A stretch of 64,000 nt of DNA from Candidatus Sulfomarinibacteraceae bacterium (GCA_963741385.1 CAVUHO010000010.1:1639720-1703719), one strand, 5' to 3'. Counted from the first letter of the stretch, positions 1-9,258 are shown. Numbers and translations: made by a program. The notes: generated from the letters alone by a model not told the origin.

Positions 1-353
1 TGGGGTGGATCGAATCGACCGCCCTGCCGGGAACCGGCGGCAATTTTGCGGTCGCCGGTCACCGCGACGGGTTCTTCCGCGGCCTCAAGGACATCGAACT
101 CGGCGACGAGATCGTGGTCGAGACGATCGCCGGCTCGCGGCGCTATGTCATTGACGATCTGACGGTGGTGGACCCCTCCGACGTGTCGGTGTTGGAGCCA
201 CGGGACCGCCCCACCGTCACCCTGGTGACCTGTTACCCCTTTTACTTTGTCGGCAGCGCGCCGCAGCGCTTTATCGTTCACGCGTCGCCGAAAGAGGAGA
301 TCAATACAACGGACAGCGAGAAAAACGTTGAATCGGTATATCCTTCGGAATAA
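1..353 (+). CDS. Sortase-family cysteine transpeptidase, 5' end cut by window edge
   Basis: Frame 3 is open from nt 3 (GNFAVAGHRDGFFRGLKDIELGDEIVVET...) and runs into the listed 114..353 ORF. It has the sortase His (AGHRDG), catalytic Cys in TLVTCYPF and Arg in RFIVHA. Stop TAA at 351-353. Confidence 0.8.
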   Translation, partial: GWIESTALPGTGGNFAVAGHRDGFFRGLKDIELGDEIVVETIAGSRRYVIDDLTVVDPSDVSVLEPRDRPTVTLVTCYPFYFVGSAPQRFIVHASPKEEINTTDSEKNVESVYPSE

Positions 354-424
354 GTGGCCATGAGGTTTTCGTTCATACGTCCGACGTCAAACAATGCCCA
401 ACGAACGGGCGCAAACAAGGAGGA

Positions 425-949
425 ATGATGAGAGTTCTGAAAGTGATGGTGATGGTTGCGGTAGTGGTGGCGTTCATGGCGCCCGCAAGCGTCGCGACCG
501 CGCAGCAGGAAGGTTTGGTGCAGATGGATTGCGGCAGGGTTGTCAAGACCATGGGCAACACCGTCATCGTCCGTCTCGACAGCACCAACAGAACCAAGGT
601 TTTCAGGAACGTTTCGCCGGAGATCCATTTCATTGTCAACGGCAGGGATAGCTCGGTCTTCGATCTCAGGCCGAACATGAACGTCTGTGCTTATCGGGAA
701 GAGGCCGCCGCGCCGCCGGTCACCGTCATGATCGAAGAGGACGAGATCGAGACGATCGTCGACGAGCCGGACGAGTATGACGCCCCACCGGCGCCGATGC
801 CGGTCGCCGAACCTGCGCCCGCACCTGCGCCCGCACCCGCACCCGCGCCGATGCTCCCGAAGACCGCGAGCAGCCTGCCGCTGGCCGGTCTCGCGGGTCT
901 GATGCTGCTCGCGCTGTCGGCCGGCATCGCTGTTCTCCGCCGTATCTGA
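425..949 (+). CDS. Secreted sortase-substrate-like protein with (PA)n linker and C-terminal LPKTAS sorting signal
   Basis: AAGGAGG RBS at 416-423. N-terminal signal peptide (VMVMVAVVVAFMAPASVATA-QQ), a PAPAPAPAPAPAP linker, then a C-terminal LPKTAS + hydrophobic LPLAGLAGLMLLALSAGIAVL + basic RRI tail. It lies directly downstream of the sortase. Confidence 0.7.
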   Translation: MMRVLKVMVMVAVVVAFMAPASVATAQQEGLVQMDCGRVVKTMGNTVIVRLDSTNRTKVFRNVSPEIHFIVNGRDSSVFDLRPNMNVCAYREEAAAPPVTVMIEEDEIETIVDEPDEYDAPPAPMPVAEPAPAPAPAPAPAPMLPKTASSLPLAGLAGLMLLALSAGIAVLRRI

Positions 950-970
950 ACGAGGAAACTCCCCAATCGA

Positions 971-996
971 ACCGCCCCCTCGGGGGCGGTTTTTTA
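971..996. terminator. Bidirectional rho-independent terminator between convergent genes
   Basis: ACCGCCCCC-TC-GGGGGCGGT hairpin (971-990) followed by TTTTTT. It sits between the stop of 425..949 (+) and the stop of 998..1678 (-). Confidence 0.6.
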
Positions 997-997
997 A

Positions 998-1678
998 TCA
1001 GCCGAAAATGAGCCACCAGCCGAGGCCGAACACCGCGATGTCGGCCAGTACGTGGCTGATCCAACTCGGCCAGATCGAGCGGTAGCGCCAATAAAGCCAG
1101 GCCCAGATCACCCCGCCGATGAAAACACCCGCCGACGCTAAAACGGTATGGAGGGGATTCAGATATTGGCTCACCGCGATGATGTGGTGGAGCGTGAAGA
1201 CGGCCGCCGACATCAAAATCGCCCAGGTGGCGGAGAAGAGTTGTTCGCTCTGACGCAGAATGAACCAGCGATAGACGTACTCCTCCATCAGCGAATTGAC
1301 CAGGGTCCAGCCGGCGGCCGCCGCCAGATAAGCACCGGGCCTCCCGAGCCCCATTTCCTCGACCGCCGCGCGAAGCGGCGCCAGGTCCATTGTCCGAACC
1401 CCCGCCAGCCAGGCGCCGGCCACGATCGCGGCCAGGACGGCCAAACCGCTGAGAGCTCCGACACCCATCCCTCCCAAACGGGGCGGCGACCAACTGGGGC
1501 GCCCGCGATCGACCATCAGGTACCAGGCGGCGGGGAACAGCACCAGCCAGATTTTCGCGACCAGAAAGACTGTCTTCCCCAGAGCGCTGGGGGCTGCGAC
1601 CATCGCTGCCAGGACGCCAAGGCTGGGCACCGGCACGATCAGCAGCAGGGCGAGAACGGCATTCCTGCGCGAGGTCAC
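998..1678 (-). CDS. CPBP family intramembrane glutamic endopeptidase (CAAX-protease-like)
   Basis: Polytopic membrane protein with motifs EEYVYRWF (EExxxR), FTLHH (FxxxH) and a later SHVLAD. The listed ORF (to 1861) reads through the heptamer repeat, so I place the start at GTG 1678 (VTSRRNAVLALLL...). Confidence 0.65.
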   Translation of the reverse strand: MTSRRNAVLALLLIVPVPSLGVLAAMVAAPSALGKTVFLVAKIWLVLFPAAWYLMVDRGRPSWSPPRLGGMGVGALSGLAVLAAIVAGAWLAGVRTMDLAPLRAAVEEMGLGRPGAYLAAAAGWTLVNSLMEEYVYRWFILRQSEQLFSATWAILMSAAVFTLHHIIAVSQYLNPLHTVLASAGVFIGGVIWAWLYWRYRSIWPSWISHVLADIAVFGLGWWLIFG

Positions 1679-1704
1679 GAGCGCATCCCGGAGCCATGGT
1701 CGTT

Positions 1705-1940
1705 GAGTTTTGAATTTTGAATTTTGAATTTTGAATTCCCGCCCGGCCAACCCTGTTCCGGGGCGCTCGAGTGCTCCGGGCGGTTTGTACCGTGTGCGGC
1801 GGCGGTGCCTGGCTCCGGCCCGCCGCGGGCCGCGTGCCTGGCATCCGCACGGGAAGCGCATGGGGAAAGGTGCAGTGTGCGGCGGCGGTGCCTGGCATCC
1901 GGCCCGCCGCGGGCCGCGTGCCTGGCATCCGCACTGGAAG
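1705..1940. repeat. Mosaic intergenic repeat: 5x 7-bp array, degenerate palindromic core, then an 83-84 bp tandem duplication
   Basis: GAGTTTT GAATTTT x3 GAATTCC at 1705-1739, with a core containing GCGCTCGAGTGCTC. GTGTGCGGCGGCGGTGCCTGGC..CCGCCGCGGGCCGCGTGCCTGGCATCCGCAC occurs twice (from 1792 and from 1875). Confidence 0.85.
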
Positions 1941-1961
1941 CGAGCACTGATACGGGCCGGC

Positions 1962-2675
1962 TCACAGACCGGGGACGCGCAGAATCAGATTGGGGTCGGG
2001 GCACAGTTCGAGATAGCGTTCGCGCTCGGACGGCGCTGCGACGCCGGGGTAATCGCCCCTCTTTTTTGGTTCCTCGCAGATGATCTGAAAGTGGAGGTGG
2101 GGGGGCCAGCCGCCGTTTTCGTGCACATCACCGACGGTGCCCAGCGTCTGCCCCGGCGACAGCTCCCGACCTGCATCCAGTGCGACGAGGGTGTTGCGGC
2201 TGAGGTGGCCGTACAGGGTGAAAAACCGTACGTCACCCAGCTCGTGTTCGAGGATGACGGTGGGGCCGTAGTCGCCGAGACCCTGGTTTTCGGCCAGTGA
2301 GTGGACGACAGCCGGCAACGGCGCCATGATCTCGGTTCCCTCGAAGACAAAGAGATCGATGCCGAGGTGGACGCTGCGGCGCTCGGCAGTGCCGTCGAAG
2401 AGGGGCGAGTGGCGGTAGAGCACCCGATCCTCATTGTAGCGGCCGATCCCCACCGGGATTCCGGAGGCCGCAATGCGCTCGAAGAGATACTGGGTGAAAC
2501 CGGCGACGTCGTTGATGTCGAGGTGGGAGAGTTCGGTGTTGGCTGCGGTGAAATCGAAGATCTCGAGCCGCCCCGAGCGAAGATCGAAGGGCACGACCGG
2601 GGCGATTGTCTTTCCACTCGCCTCGAGGGCGGCAACAACCGGGTTTTCCTGCATGGCGCGATTGTAGCGTGACAT
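1962..2675 (-). CDS. M23 family metallopeptidase
   Basis: HLGIDL (HxxxD) and PPHLHFQI (HxH) zinc motifs; YGHL...PGQTLGTVG is typical of M23. The ATG at 2675 is preceded by GGAGGA, while the ORF-track start at 2690 lies inside that RBS. Confidence 0.8.
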   Translation of the reverse strand: MSRYNRAMQENPVVAALEASGKTIAPVVPFDLRSGRLEIFDFTAANTELSHLDINDVAGFTQYLFERIAASGIPVGIGRYNEDRVLYRHSPLFDGTAERRSVHLGIDLFVFEGTEIMAPLPAVVHSLAENQGLGDYGPTVILEHELGDVRFFTLYGHLSRNTLVALDAGRELSPGQTLGTVGDVHENGGWPPHLHFQIICEEPKKRGDYPGVAAPSERERYLELCPDPNLILRVPGL

Positions 2676-2796
2676 GCGGAAATCCTCCATCCCGAGCCAC
2701 CCGCGGCCTCGAAGGGTTGGACTGGGTCAGTCGTGACCTTTGGGCGCTGGGATGGCGCCGACGGTATTTTCGGGAGGCGAACTGAAGTCTCTTATC

Positions 2797-2966
2797 CTGT
2801 CATCCCGACCGAAGGCCCGAAGGGCCGCAGCGGAGGGATCTCTTCAGTTCGGTTCGCTCACTCAGGACAGGTTCTGGACGGGCATTGCAAGCAACACCTC
2901 TCCGGAAACCCGCTCAGAGATTCCTCCGCTCGCTCTCTTCGTTCGCTCGGTCGGAATGACAGGGGG
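2797..2966. repeat. Palindromic (MITE-like) element with TGTCATCCCGACCG / CGGTCGGAATGACA ends
   Basis: The left arm CTGTCATCCCGACCGAAGGCCCGAAGGGCCGCAGCGGAGGGATCTCT is mirrored by AGAGATTCCTCCGC...CTCGGTCGGAATGACAG. A shorter copy lies at 10966-11052. Confidence 0.6.
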
Positions 2967-3136
2967 TAAGGGGTTTCGTTCGTCCGGTCGGAATGACAGG
3001 GGGTAAGGGGGTTCGTTCGCTTGGTCGGGATGATCGTTCCGGTGATTGGAGCGGGTCGCTGACAGGGGGTAGGGGGTTCGTTCGCTTGGTCGGGATGATC
3101 GTTCCGGTGATTGGAGCGGGTCGCTGACAGGGGGTC
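2958..3136. repeat. Tandem repeat, 65-66 bp unit, about 2.7 copies
   Basis: GACAGGGGGTA(A)GGGGGTTCGTTCGCTTGGTCGGGATGATCGTTCCGGTGATTGGAGCGGGTCGCT is repeated at 2995-3060 and 3061-3125. Partial copies lie at 2958-2994 and 3126-3136, and the last one overlaps the stop of the next gene. Confidence 0.85.
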
Positions 3137-3950
3137 AGCGTGAACCGGGCTCGAGGTCCGGCAGCACGAGCGTCGGGTGGAGGGTGGTGGCTGCGGCTTC
3201 GGTCTCGTCCGCGAAGATCACGGTGACTGAACGAAAACGATCGTCCCGCCAATGATCTTCCGCGAGGAGCCACGAGCGGACGAATTCGGCCACCTCCAGC
3301 CGGCAGCGCTCGCGCACCATCTCGAGGTGGGTGGCGTCCGACGCCCGCTCTGAAAGGACCTTGGTCAACGACCGCTCGAGCCCTTCCATCTGTTCGTCCT
3401 CGTTGAACCGCAGCCAGCCGCTGTCGCTGAACTTTTCCATGCCGCCGGTGTCGATCGCAGGCGGCAGGGTGGGGCGGATCTTCGGTGCATGGACCACGCA
3501 CGCTTGTCCCTCGACTTCCAGTCGCCAGGGCTCGTCGAGGCGCAGGTGGTAGCGGTAGGTCACGGGCACCCGGATTTCGGTCACGGTGGTGCCGAGAGGG
3601 ATCAGGTCCCAGGCCACCCACCGCTCGTCGGTGGTGCGCAGGATCTCGGTCGCGTTGAAGGACGCGAGCTCGAGCTTGACCCCGCTATCGGCCGTGAATC
3701 TCGGGATGGCCGCGATAAAGGTCGTCGTGATCGTTCCGCTCTGGAATGCGGCGGCGATATCGACGGCCCCGCTGCCGATGGCCCGGGCGATGTCGCTGGC
3801 CGCTTTCCCGCCTTCTCGGGCAGTCTGCCCGATCTGGTGGATGACGAGGTAGCCCAGCGCTCCGAGGACCACGACGACCAGCGGCCACCGCACCGCTCGA
3901 ACCGCGTCGAGCCATGTCGAGTTGTGGGGATCATCGGGTGGACCAGTCAT
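3135..3950 (-). CDS. Membrane-anchored hypothetical protein (resembles DUF4230)
   Basis: ATG at 3950 gives MTGPPDDPH... with one N-terminal TM helix ([16 protein letters not shown]) and a soluble domain. The upstream 133 codons of the listed 404-aa ORF overlap the divergent gene region and look non-coding. Confidence 0.5.
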   Translation of the reverse strand: MTGPPDDPHNSTWLDAVRAVRWPLVVVVLGALGYLVIHQIGQTAREGGKAASDIARAIGSGAVDIAAAFQSGTITTTFIAAIPRFTADSGVKLELASFNATEILRTTDERWVAWDLIPLGTTVTEIRVPVTYRYHLRLDEPWRLEVEGQACVVHAPKIRPTLPPAIDTGGMEKFSDSGWLRFNEDEQMEGLERSLTKVLSERASDATHLEMVRERCRLEVAEFVRSWLLAEDHWRDDRFRSVTVIFADETEAAATTLHPTLVLPDLEPGSR

Positions 3951-4068
3951 CTGAGGAACGCTACCGGTTTCGAGGCGTTGCTGCAAGGGGCGCGGCGACG
4001 CGAGGCAACCTTTTCGACCTCGGCGGTATCTCATCTGGTGACCGAAACACCACTCAAAGGAGTCTGTC

Positions 4069-4863
4069 GTGAAAACATCCGAAAAAGCCGCCATCATCTT
4101 CCTGACCCTGCTGATCGCCGCTGCCTGGGGCTTCAGCTGGGAGCGATTCGAAGCAACCATCGACGAAACCGTCGCGTTGTCGCCCGGCGGGACGGTCTCG
4201 CTCGAGAACGTCAACGGCGACGTGACGATCGAGGTGTGGGACCGTGACGAGGTGCGCGTGCAGGCTCTCAAAATCGCCAGCTCGCAGGAGCTTCTGGACG
4301 GCCTCAAGGTCGAGATCGACGCGAAGCCGTCCGCCGTACGGATCGACACCGAGTACCCGTCGTCTCGTGGCTCCCGGGACGACGAAGGCCACGATCACTC
4401 GCAGCGCGGGGAGCGCCATCTGAAGGTGGAGTACACCCTGACCGTGCCGCGTTCGGCGGTCATCGACGATGTCGATCTGGTCAACGGCAACCTCTTGATC
4501 GTCGGGGTCCAGGGCGGCGTCGGCGCCGAGACTGTCAACGGCAACATCGTGGTTCGAGAGAGTGCCGGTGAATCGTCGTTGTCGACCGTCAACGGCGGCA
4601 TCGAAATCTATGTGGATCGGCTCGACAGCGCCGAGGGCGTGGAGCTCGAGACCGTCAACGGTTCGATCGACCTCTACCTCGCGTCCTCGGTCGGCGCCGA
4701 CATCCGTGCCGAGAGCGTCAACGGGACCCTCGCCAACGACCTCGGCATCGCGGTCGCCAAGGGCAAGTACGTCGGTTCGAGTTTCGACGGAACGGTGGGC
4801 GGCGGCGGGTCACGGGTGGACCTCGAAACCGTCAATGGCAGGATCTCCGTGCACAGTTGGTAA
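4069..4863 (+). CDS. DUF4097-like beta-strand repeat protein (putative adhesin fold)
   Basis: GTG start with AAGGAG at 4057-4062. N-terminal signal/anchor, then repeated xTVNGxIxV strands ([65 protein letters not shown]). Confidence 0.65.
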   Translation: MKTSEKAAIIFLTLLIAAAWGFSWERFEATIDETVALSPGGTVSLENVNGDVTIEVWDRDEVRVQALKIASSQELLDGLKVEIDAKPSAVRIDTEYPSSRGSRDDEGHDHSQRGERHLKVEYTLTVPRSAVIDDVDLVNGNLLIVGVQGGVGAETVNGNIVVRESAGESSLSTVNGGIEIYVDRLDSAEGVELETVNGSIDLYLASSVGADIRAESVNGTLANDLGIAVAKGKYVGSSFDGTVGGGGSRVDLETVNGRISVHSW

Positions 4864-4885
4864 GCAGCGTAATATGATCCAAATC

Positions 4886-4920
4886 AAGGCCCCACCGGTC
4901 GAAGGTGGGGCCTTTGTATA
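4886..4920 (+). terminator. Rho-independent terminator after 4069..4863
   Basis: AAGGCCCCACC-GGTCGAA-GGTGGGGCCTT hairpin (4886-4914) followed by TGTATAT. Confidence 0.55.
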
Positions 4921-4949
4921 TCTACTGAGCAGGTCGTGGCCGATTTTTC

Positions 4950-4977
4950 TTGACCCCGCTGGTGGCGGCGGTACAAT
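4950..4977 (+). promoter_or_regulatory. Candidate sigma70-type promoter (TTGACC-16 nt-TACAAT)
   Basis: TTGACC at 4950-4955 and TACAAT at 4972-4977. The predicted TSS falls about at the GTG at 4986, implying a leaderless or near-leaderless RidA-family mRNA. Confidence 0.35.
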
Positions 4978-4985
4978 CAACCATC

Positions 4986-5393
4986 GTGGCCAAAACCAAG
5001 CAGTCCGCGTCGACCGGGCGGTACCGTTCGGCTTCGCCGTACGAGACCCTGGTGGGGTTCTCGCGCGCCGTGCGCCGTGGGTCGCACATTGCGGTTTCGG
5101 GAACGGCCCCTCTCGATGCCGACGGCGAGACGATTGCAGGTGGCGCCTATGAGCAGGCGACCCGCTGTCTCGAAGTCATCCTCGAGGCCGTCGAGGCGTT
5201 AGGCGGCACCCGCGAGGATATCGTGCGGACGGGCATCTTTGTGACCGACGCAGCCGATTGGGATGCGGTGGGTCGCGCTCACGGCGAGTTCTTTGGTGAG
5301 GTCTACCCGGCGCTGACATTTGTCGTGGTCAAAGGTCTGCTCGATCCCCGTTGGCGGGTCACCATCGAAGCTGACGCCGAGCTCCTGACCTGA
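4986..5393 (+). CDS. RidA/YjgF-family (Rid) protein
   Basis: SPYETLVGFSRAVRRGSHIAVSGTAP...YEQATRCLEVILEAVEALGG...RTGIFV...TFVVVKGLLDPRWRVTIEADA matches the Rid fold pattern. The ORF track starts at TTG 4950, which overlaps the candidate promoter, so GTG 4986 is preferred. The start remains uncertain. Confidence 0.7.
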   Translation: MAKTKQSASTGRYRSASPYETLVGFSRAVRRGSHIAVSGTAPLDADGETIAGGAYEQATRCLEVILEAVEALGGTREDIVRTGIFVTDAADWDAVGRAHGEFFGEVYPALTFVVVKGLLDPRWRVTIEADAELLT

Positions 5394-5604
5394 CCCCTTC
5401 CGGGGGTGTGGGTCACCTGATCGGACGATTTTGCGACAGCTGTTTCCGAGACTGTGTTCATCGCGAATACAGGCGATCCTCGTGATATACTCCGGGCATC
5501 ACGGTGAAGTCGACCCGCCCTGACTACAGCCACAACAGATCGTTGCAGTCAACGATGGGGGCGAGTGTCACTCCGAAAGTATTCGGCAGAAGGCGGCAAC
5601 GGCC

Positions 5605-7092
5605 ATGATGATTCTGCCGAGGATCCTCCTCGTTGACGAGAACCCGAGCGACCGCCGACTCGCGGCGCTGGTTTTGGCCGGTGAGTTCGGCAATCTGGAC
5701 CTGGAAGAGGTCGGTTCGGCGGTCGAATTCTCGGGTGCGCTGGCGGCGCGGCGCTTCGGCTTCGTCATCACCGAAGCCGGGTTTTCCTGGGGCGACGGTC
5801 TCGAGGTGGCCCGTCTGGTTCGGGAAGTCCAGCCGGACTGCCCGGTGGTTCTCTTTACGGCGGAAATTGGTGAGGAGCTGTGGAGCGAGTCACTTCGGCT
5901 CGGAATCGACGGCTACGTCGCCAAATCATCCGATGGGTTCGTTCGTCTGCCATCGGCGATTCGCGCGGTCTTCTTCCGTACCCGTCGACGGGCGATGTCG
6001 ACCGCGCGCGACGCCCCCTATCGCGGGCTGGTGGACGGACTGCCTGTGGGGGTCTTTTCGGCGACGCTCGACGGCGAGATCCTCGAGGCCAACCCGTCTT
6101 TCGCCTCGATGCTCGGCCTCTTCGACCCCGAAGAGGTGGCGTGGTCGAGCTTTCCCGGTCTGTTTGCCGTGCCGGCGGCGGCCGATACCTGGCGCAGCCA
6201 GATGGTGTCAGCGCGCTATATCGGCAATCTCGAAACGCAGCTGCGGCGTGCCGATGGCTCGCTTTTGTGGGCGCGGGTGTCGTCGTGGGTGTCCGAGAAC
6301 GCCCAGACCGGGGTTCGGCAGATCCAGGGCATTATCGAGGGATCCGACACCTACCATGCGGCTCAGCAGGAGCTTGCCGAAAGAGTCGAGTCTCTGACCC
6401 GATCGAACGATGAACTCGAGAAATTCGCCTACGTGGTGTCGCACGATCTCCAACAGCCCTTGAGCGTCGTCTCGAGCTACCTCGAGCTGTTGGCGGACAG
6501 CTGCCGCGACAAGCTGTCCGGTGACGAGGAGAACTACCTCGATCGCGCAGCGTGCAGCGCGGTGCGGGTTCAGGAGATGGTGGACGCAGTGCTCAACTAC
6601 TCCCGCGTCGACTCGCGGGGCGGCGAGTTCACGTCGGTTGATCTCGCGGAGGTGTTCGACGAAGTCAAGGGCGGGTTGTGGAAGGAGATCACCTGCGTCA
6701 GGGCCGAGATCACCACCGACGAGCTGCCGGTGGTCATGGCCGACCTTCCCCAGATGCAACAACTCCTGCAGAACCTCGTGTCCAATGCCCTCAAGTTCGT
6801 CGACAAGGCGCCGGCCAGGGTGCATGTGGGGGTCGAGGAGCGCTCCGATGAATGGCAGATCTCGGTCCGCGACGAGGGCATCGGGATCGGCCCGGAGGCT
6901 GCGGATCGGGTGTTTGTGATGTTCCAGCGTCTGCACACCGAAAAGGAGTACCCGGGAACCGGCATCGGCCTCGCGATCTGCAAACGGATCGTCGAGCGAC
7001 ACGGAGGCCGGATCTGGGTCGAGTCGGTGCCCAACCGCGGCACGACATTTTTTTTCACGATTCCGAAGAGATCACCCGGCAAAGGGATGTGA
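5605..7092 (+). CDS. Hybrid sensor: atypical receiver (Glu at phospho-acceptor position) - PAS - HisKA/HATPase histidine kinase
   Basis: REC-like N-terminus (LLVDENPS, GFVITEAGF, VVLFTAE, GYVAKS), then a PAS region. H-box FAYVVSHDLQQPL, N-box LLQNLVSNALKF, G-boxes DEGIGI and GTGIGLAICKRIVERHGG. Confidence 0.85.
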   Translation: MMILPRILLVDENPSDRRLAALVLAGEFGNLDLEEVGSAVEFSGALAARRFGFVITEAGFSWGDGLEVARLVREVQPDCPVVLFTAEIGEELWSESLRLGIDGYVAKSSDGFVRLPSAIRAVFFRTRRRAMSTARDAPYRGLVDGLPVGVFSATLDGEILEANPSFASMLGLFDPEEVAWSSFPGLFAVPAAADTWRSQMVSARYIGNLETQLRRADGSLLWARVSSWVSENAQTGVRQIQGIIEGSDTYHAAQQELAERVESLTRSNDELEKFAYVVSHDLQQPLSVVSSYLELLADSCRDKLSGDEENYLDRAACSAVRVQEMVDAVLNYSRVDSRGGEFTSVDLAEVFDEVKGGLWKEITCVRAEITTDELPVVMADLPQMQQLLQNLVSNALKFVDKAPARVHVGVEERSDEWQISVRDEGIGIGPEAADRVFVMFQRLHTEKEYPGTGIGLAICKRIVERHGGRIWVESVPNRGTTFFFTIPKRSPGKGM

Positions 7093-7129
7093 TTCCGTGA
7101 GCGACCGGCTATCATCCTGGGGGCTTTGA

Positions 7130-9256
7130 ATGGTGGATCAGAAAATAAGGAAGCCGGTGCGAAGCGGTGAGAAGGTGCGGTTGCTCCTGGTGGAGGACTG
7201 CCCGGATCACGCTGACCTGATCCGCGCCAAGCTCGGTCGTTCAAAACGCCTCAAGGTCGAGATCACCCACGTCGACCGGCTCGAAGAGGGTCTCGCTAAA
7301 CTCAAGGCCGGCAATTTCGACATCGTGTTGCTCGACTTCTCGCTGCCTGACAGCTTTGGTCTCGAAACCTTCCGGCGAGCCAACGAGGCGGCGCCGCGGA
7401 CCCCGATCATCGTGCTCACAAGCCTGGACGACAACGACCTTGCGGTGCAGGCGGTGCGTGAGGGCGCCCAGGACTACCTCATCAAAAGGGAGGCGGACAC
7501 CCGGCTGCTGGTGCGGTCCATCCTTTACGCCATCGAGCGCCAATCGGCCGAGGACGCCCTCAGGGACTCGGAGGAACGGTACGCCCTGGCGATGCGAGGC
7601 GCCAACGACGGCCTCTGGGACTGGGATCTCGTGGCGGATCGGGTGTTTTTCTCGCCGCGCTGGAAGTCGATGCTCGACTTCGACGTCAAGGACGTCGGCG
7701 ACAGCCCACGGGAGTGGTTGGACCGGATCCACCCCGACGACAGGCCGCCCTTCAGGCGCCACCTCGACGCCCACCTGTCGGGCGCGACCGAACACTTCGA
7801 GTTCGAGCATCGGATGCGCAACGCGGCCGGCGAGTACCTGTGGGTGCTGGCACGCGGCGTGGCGGTTCGCGATCATCAGCGGAAGGCATACCGCATGGCC
7901 GGGTCGCAGACCGACATCACGGCCCGCAAGCGGGCCGAGCACCAGCTCCAGCATGACGCCCTCCACGACGGCCTGACCGGGCTCGCGAACCGGGTTCTGT
8001 TCATGGATCGTCTGGCCTGTGCTCTTGCCGATCTGCAGCGGCGGGCCCAGCCCAACTTCGCGGTCTTGTACTTCGACCTCGATCGTTTCAAGAACGTCAA
8101 CGACAGCCTCGGTCACACCGTCGGCGACAAGCTCCTGGTGGGCATCGCCAGCCGGCTCGAGCACTTCCTCCGCCCCGGCGACACGGTGGCGCGGCTCGGC
8201 GGCGACGAGTTCGCGATTCTGATCCACCGCGTCGATGACGCCAGCGGCGCCATCCACGTGGCCGACAGGATCCAGGAAGTCCTGAGCATGAATTTTTCGA
8301 TCGACGGGCACGACGTCCTGGTGACCGCGTCGATCGGCATCGCCCACAGCTCGACGGGTTACATCAACCCCGAAGAGATCCTGCGTGACGCCGACATCGC
8401 CATGTACCGGGCCAAGGCGCAGGGCAAGGCCCGCTACGAGATCTTCGACCGCGACATGCACCAGAGCGCGGTGGCCCTGCTCAAGCTCGAGACCGAGCTG
8501 CGGCGGAGCGTCCACCGCGGCGATTTCCTGATGAACTATCAGCCTATCGTTTCGCTTGGGACGGGGCACATCGTGGGGTTCGAGGGCCTTGTCCGGTGGC
8601 AGCACCCGGAACGTGGGGTGGTGCTTCCTGATCACTTCATCGCCATCGCCGAGGAGACCGGCCTCATCGTGCCTCTGGGCTGGTGGGTTCTCCGCGAGTC
8701 GTGCCGGCAGACCCGGCGTTGGCAGCACCGGTTCCCGGCTGACCCGCCGCTGTGGATCAGCGTCAACATGTCGGGCAAGCTCTTCATGAAGTCGGACATG
8801 GTCGACGAGTTGTTGGGCATCCTCGACGAAACCGGGCTCGAACCGTGCAGCCTGCGACTCGAGGTGACCGAAAACGTGGTGATGGACCACGCCGATCTGG
8901 CGGTAAAGAATCTGATGGAGCTGCGGGCCCTGGGCGTCCAGCTTTCAATTGACGACTTCGGCACCGGCTACTCGTCGCTTTCCTACCTTCAGCGCTTCCA
9001 CTACGACTCGCTCAAGATCGACCGCTCCTTCGTTTCCAGGCTGGGGATGGCCGGCGACTCACACGCGATCGTCGAGACCATCCTCAACCTCGCCAACAGC
9101 CTCGGCATCGGCGTGGTCGCGGAGGGCATCGAGACCGCCGACCAGGTCGATCGCCTTCGCCGCATGCAGTGTCCGCACGGCCAGGGTTTCTGGTTCTCCA
9201 GGCCCCTGAGCGTCAGCGCCGCCGAAGAGCTGATCGCGTCATCACCGAGCTGGTAG
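7130..9256 (+). CDS. Response regulator receiver - PAS - GGDEF - EAL (c-di-GMP turnover) protein
   Basis: Canonical REC (LLVEDCP, IVLLDFSLPD, IVLTS, YLIKR) and PAS (GLWDWDL...). GGDEF is intact (RLGGDEFAIL). The EAL domain has FEGLVRW, DDFGTGYSSLSYL, KIDRSFV and EGIE. Confidence 0.9.
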   Translation: MVDQKIRKPVRSGEKVRLLLVEDCPDHADLIRAKLGRSKRLKVEITHVDRLEEGLAKLKAGNFDIVLLDFSLPDSFGLETFRRANEAAPRTPIIVLTSLDDNDLAVQAVREGAQDYLIKREADTRLLVRSILYAIERQSAEDALRDSEERYALAMRGANDGLWDWDLVADRVFFSPRWKSMLDFDVKDVGDSPREWLDRIHPDDRPPFRRHLDAHLSGATEHFEFEHRMRNAAGEYLWVLARGVAVRDHQRKAYRMAGSQTDITARKRAEHQLQHDALHDGLTGLANRVLFMDRLACALADLQRRAQPNFAVLYFDLDRFKNVNDSLGHTVGDKLLVGIASRLEHFLRPGDTVARLGGDEFAILIHRVDDASGAIHVADRIQEVLSMNFSIDGHDVLVTASIGIAHSSTGYINPEEILRDADIAMYRAKAQGKARYEIFDRDMHQSAVALLKLETELRRSVHRGDFLMNYQPIVSLGTGHIVGFEGLVRWQHPERGVVLPDHFIAIAEETGLIVPLGWWVLRESCRQTRRWQHRFPADPPLWISVNMSGKLFMKSDMVDELLGILDETGLEPCSLRLEVTENVVMDHADLAVKNLMELRALGVQLSIDDFGTGYSSLSYLQRFHYDSLKIDRSFVSRLGMAGDSHAIVETILNLANSLGIGVVAEGIETADQVDRLRRMQCPHGQGFWFSRPLSVSAAEELIASSPSW

Positions 9257-9258
9257 AA

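Noticed and set aside
3135-4349. 404-aa version of the minus-strand ORF overlapping the DUF4097 gene
   Set aside because: The first 133 codons lie antisense to the well-supported + strand gene and its RBS. The internal ATG at 3950 gives a sensible TM-anchored protein.
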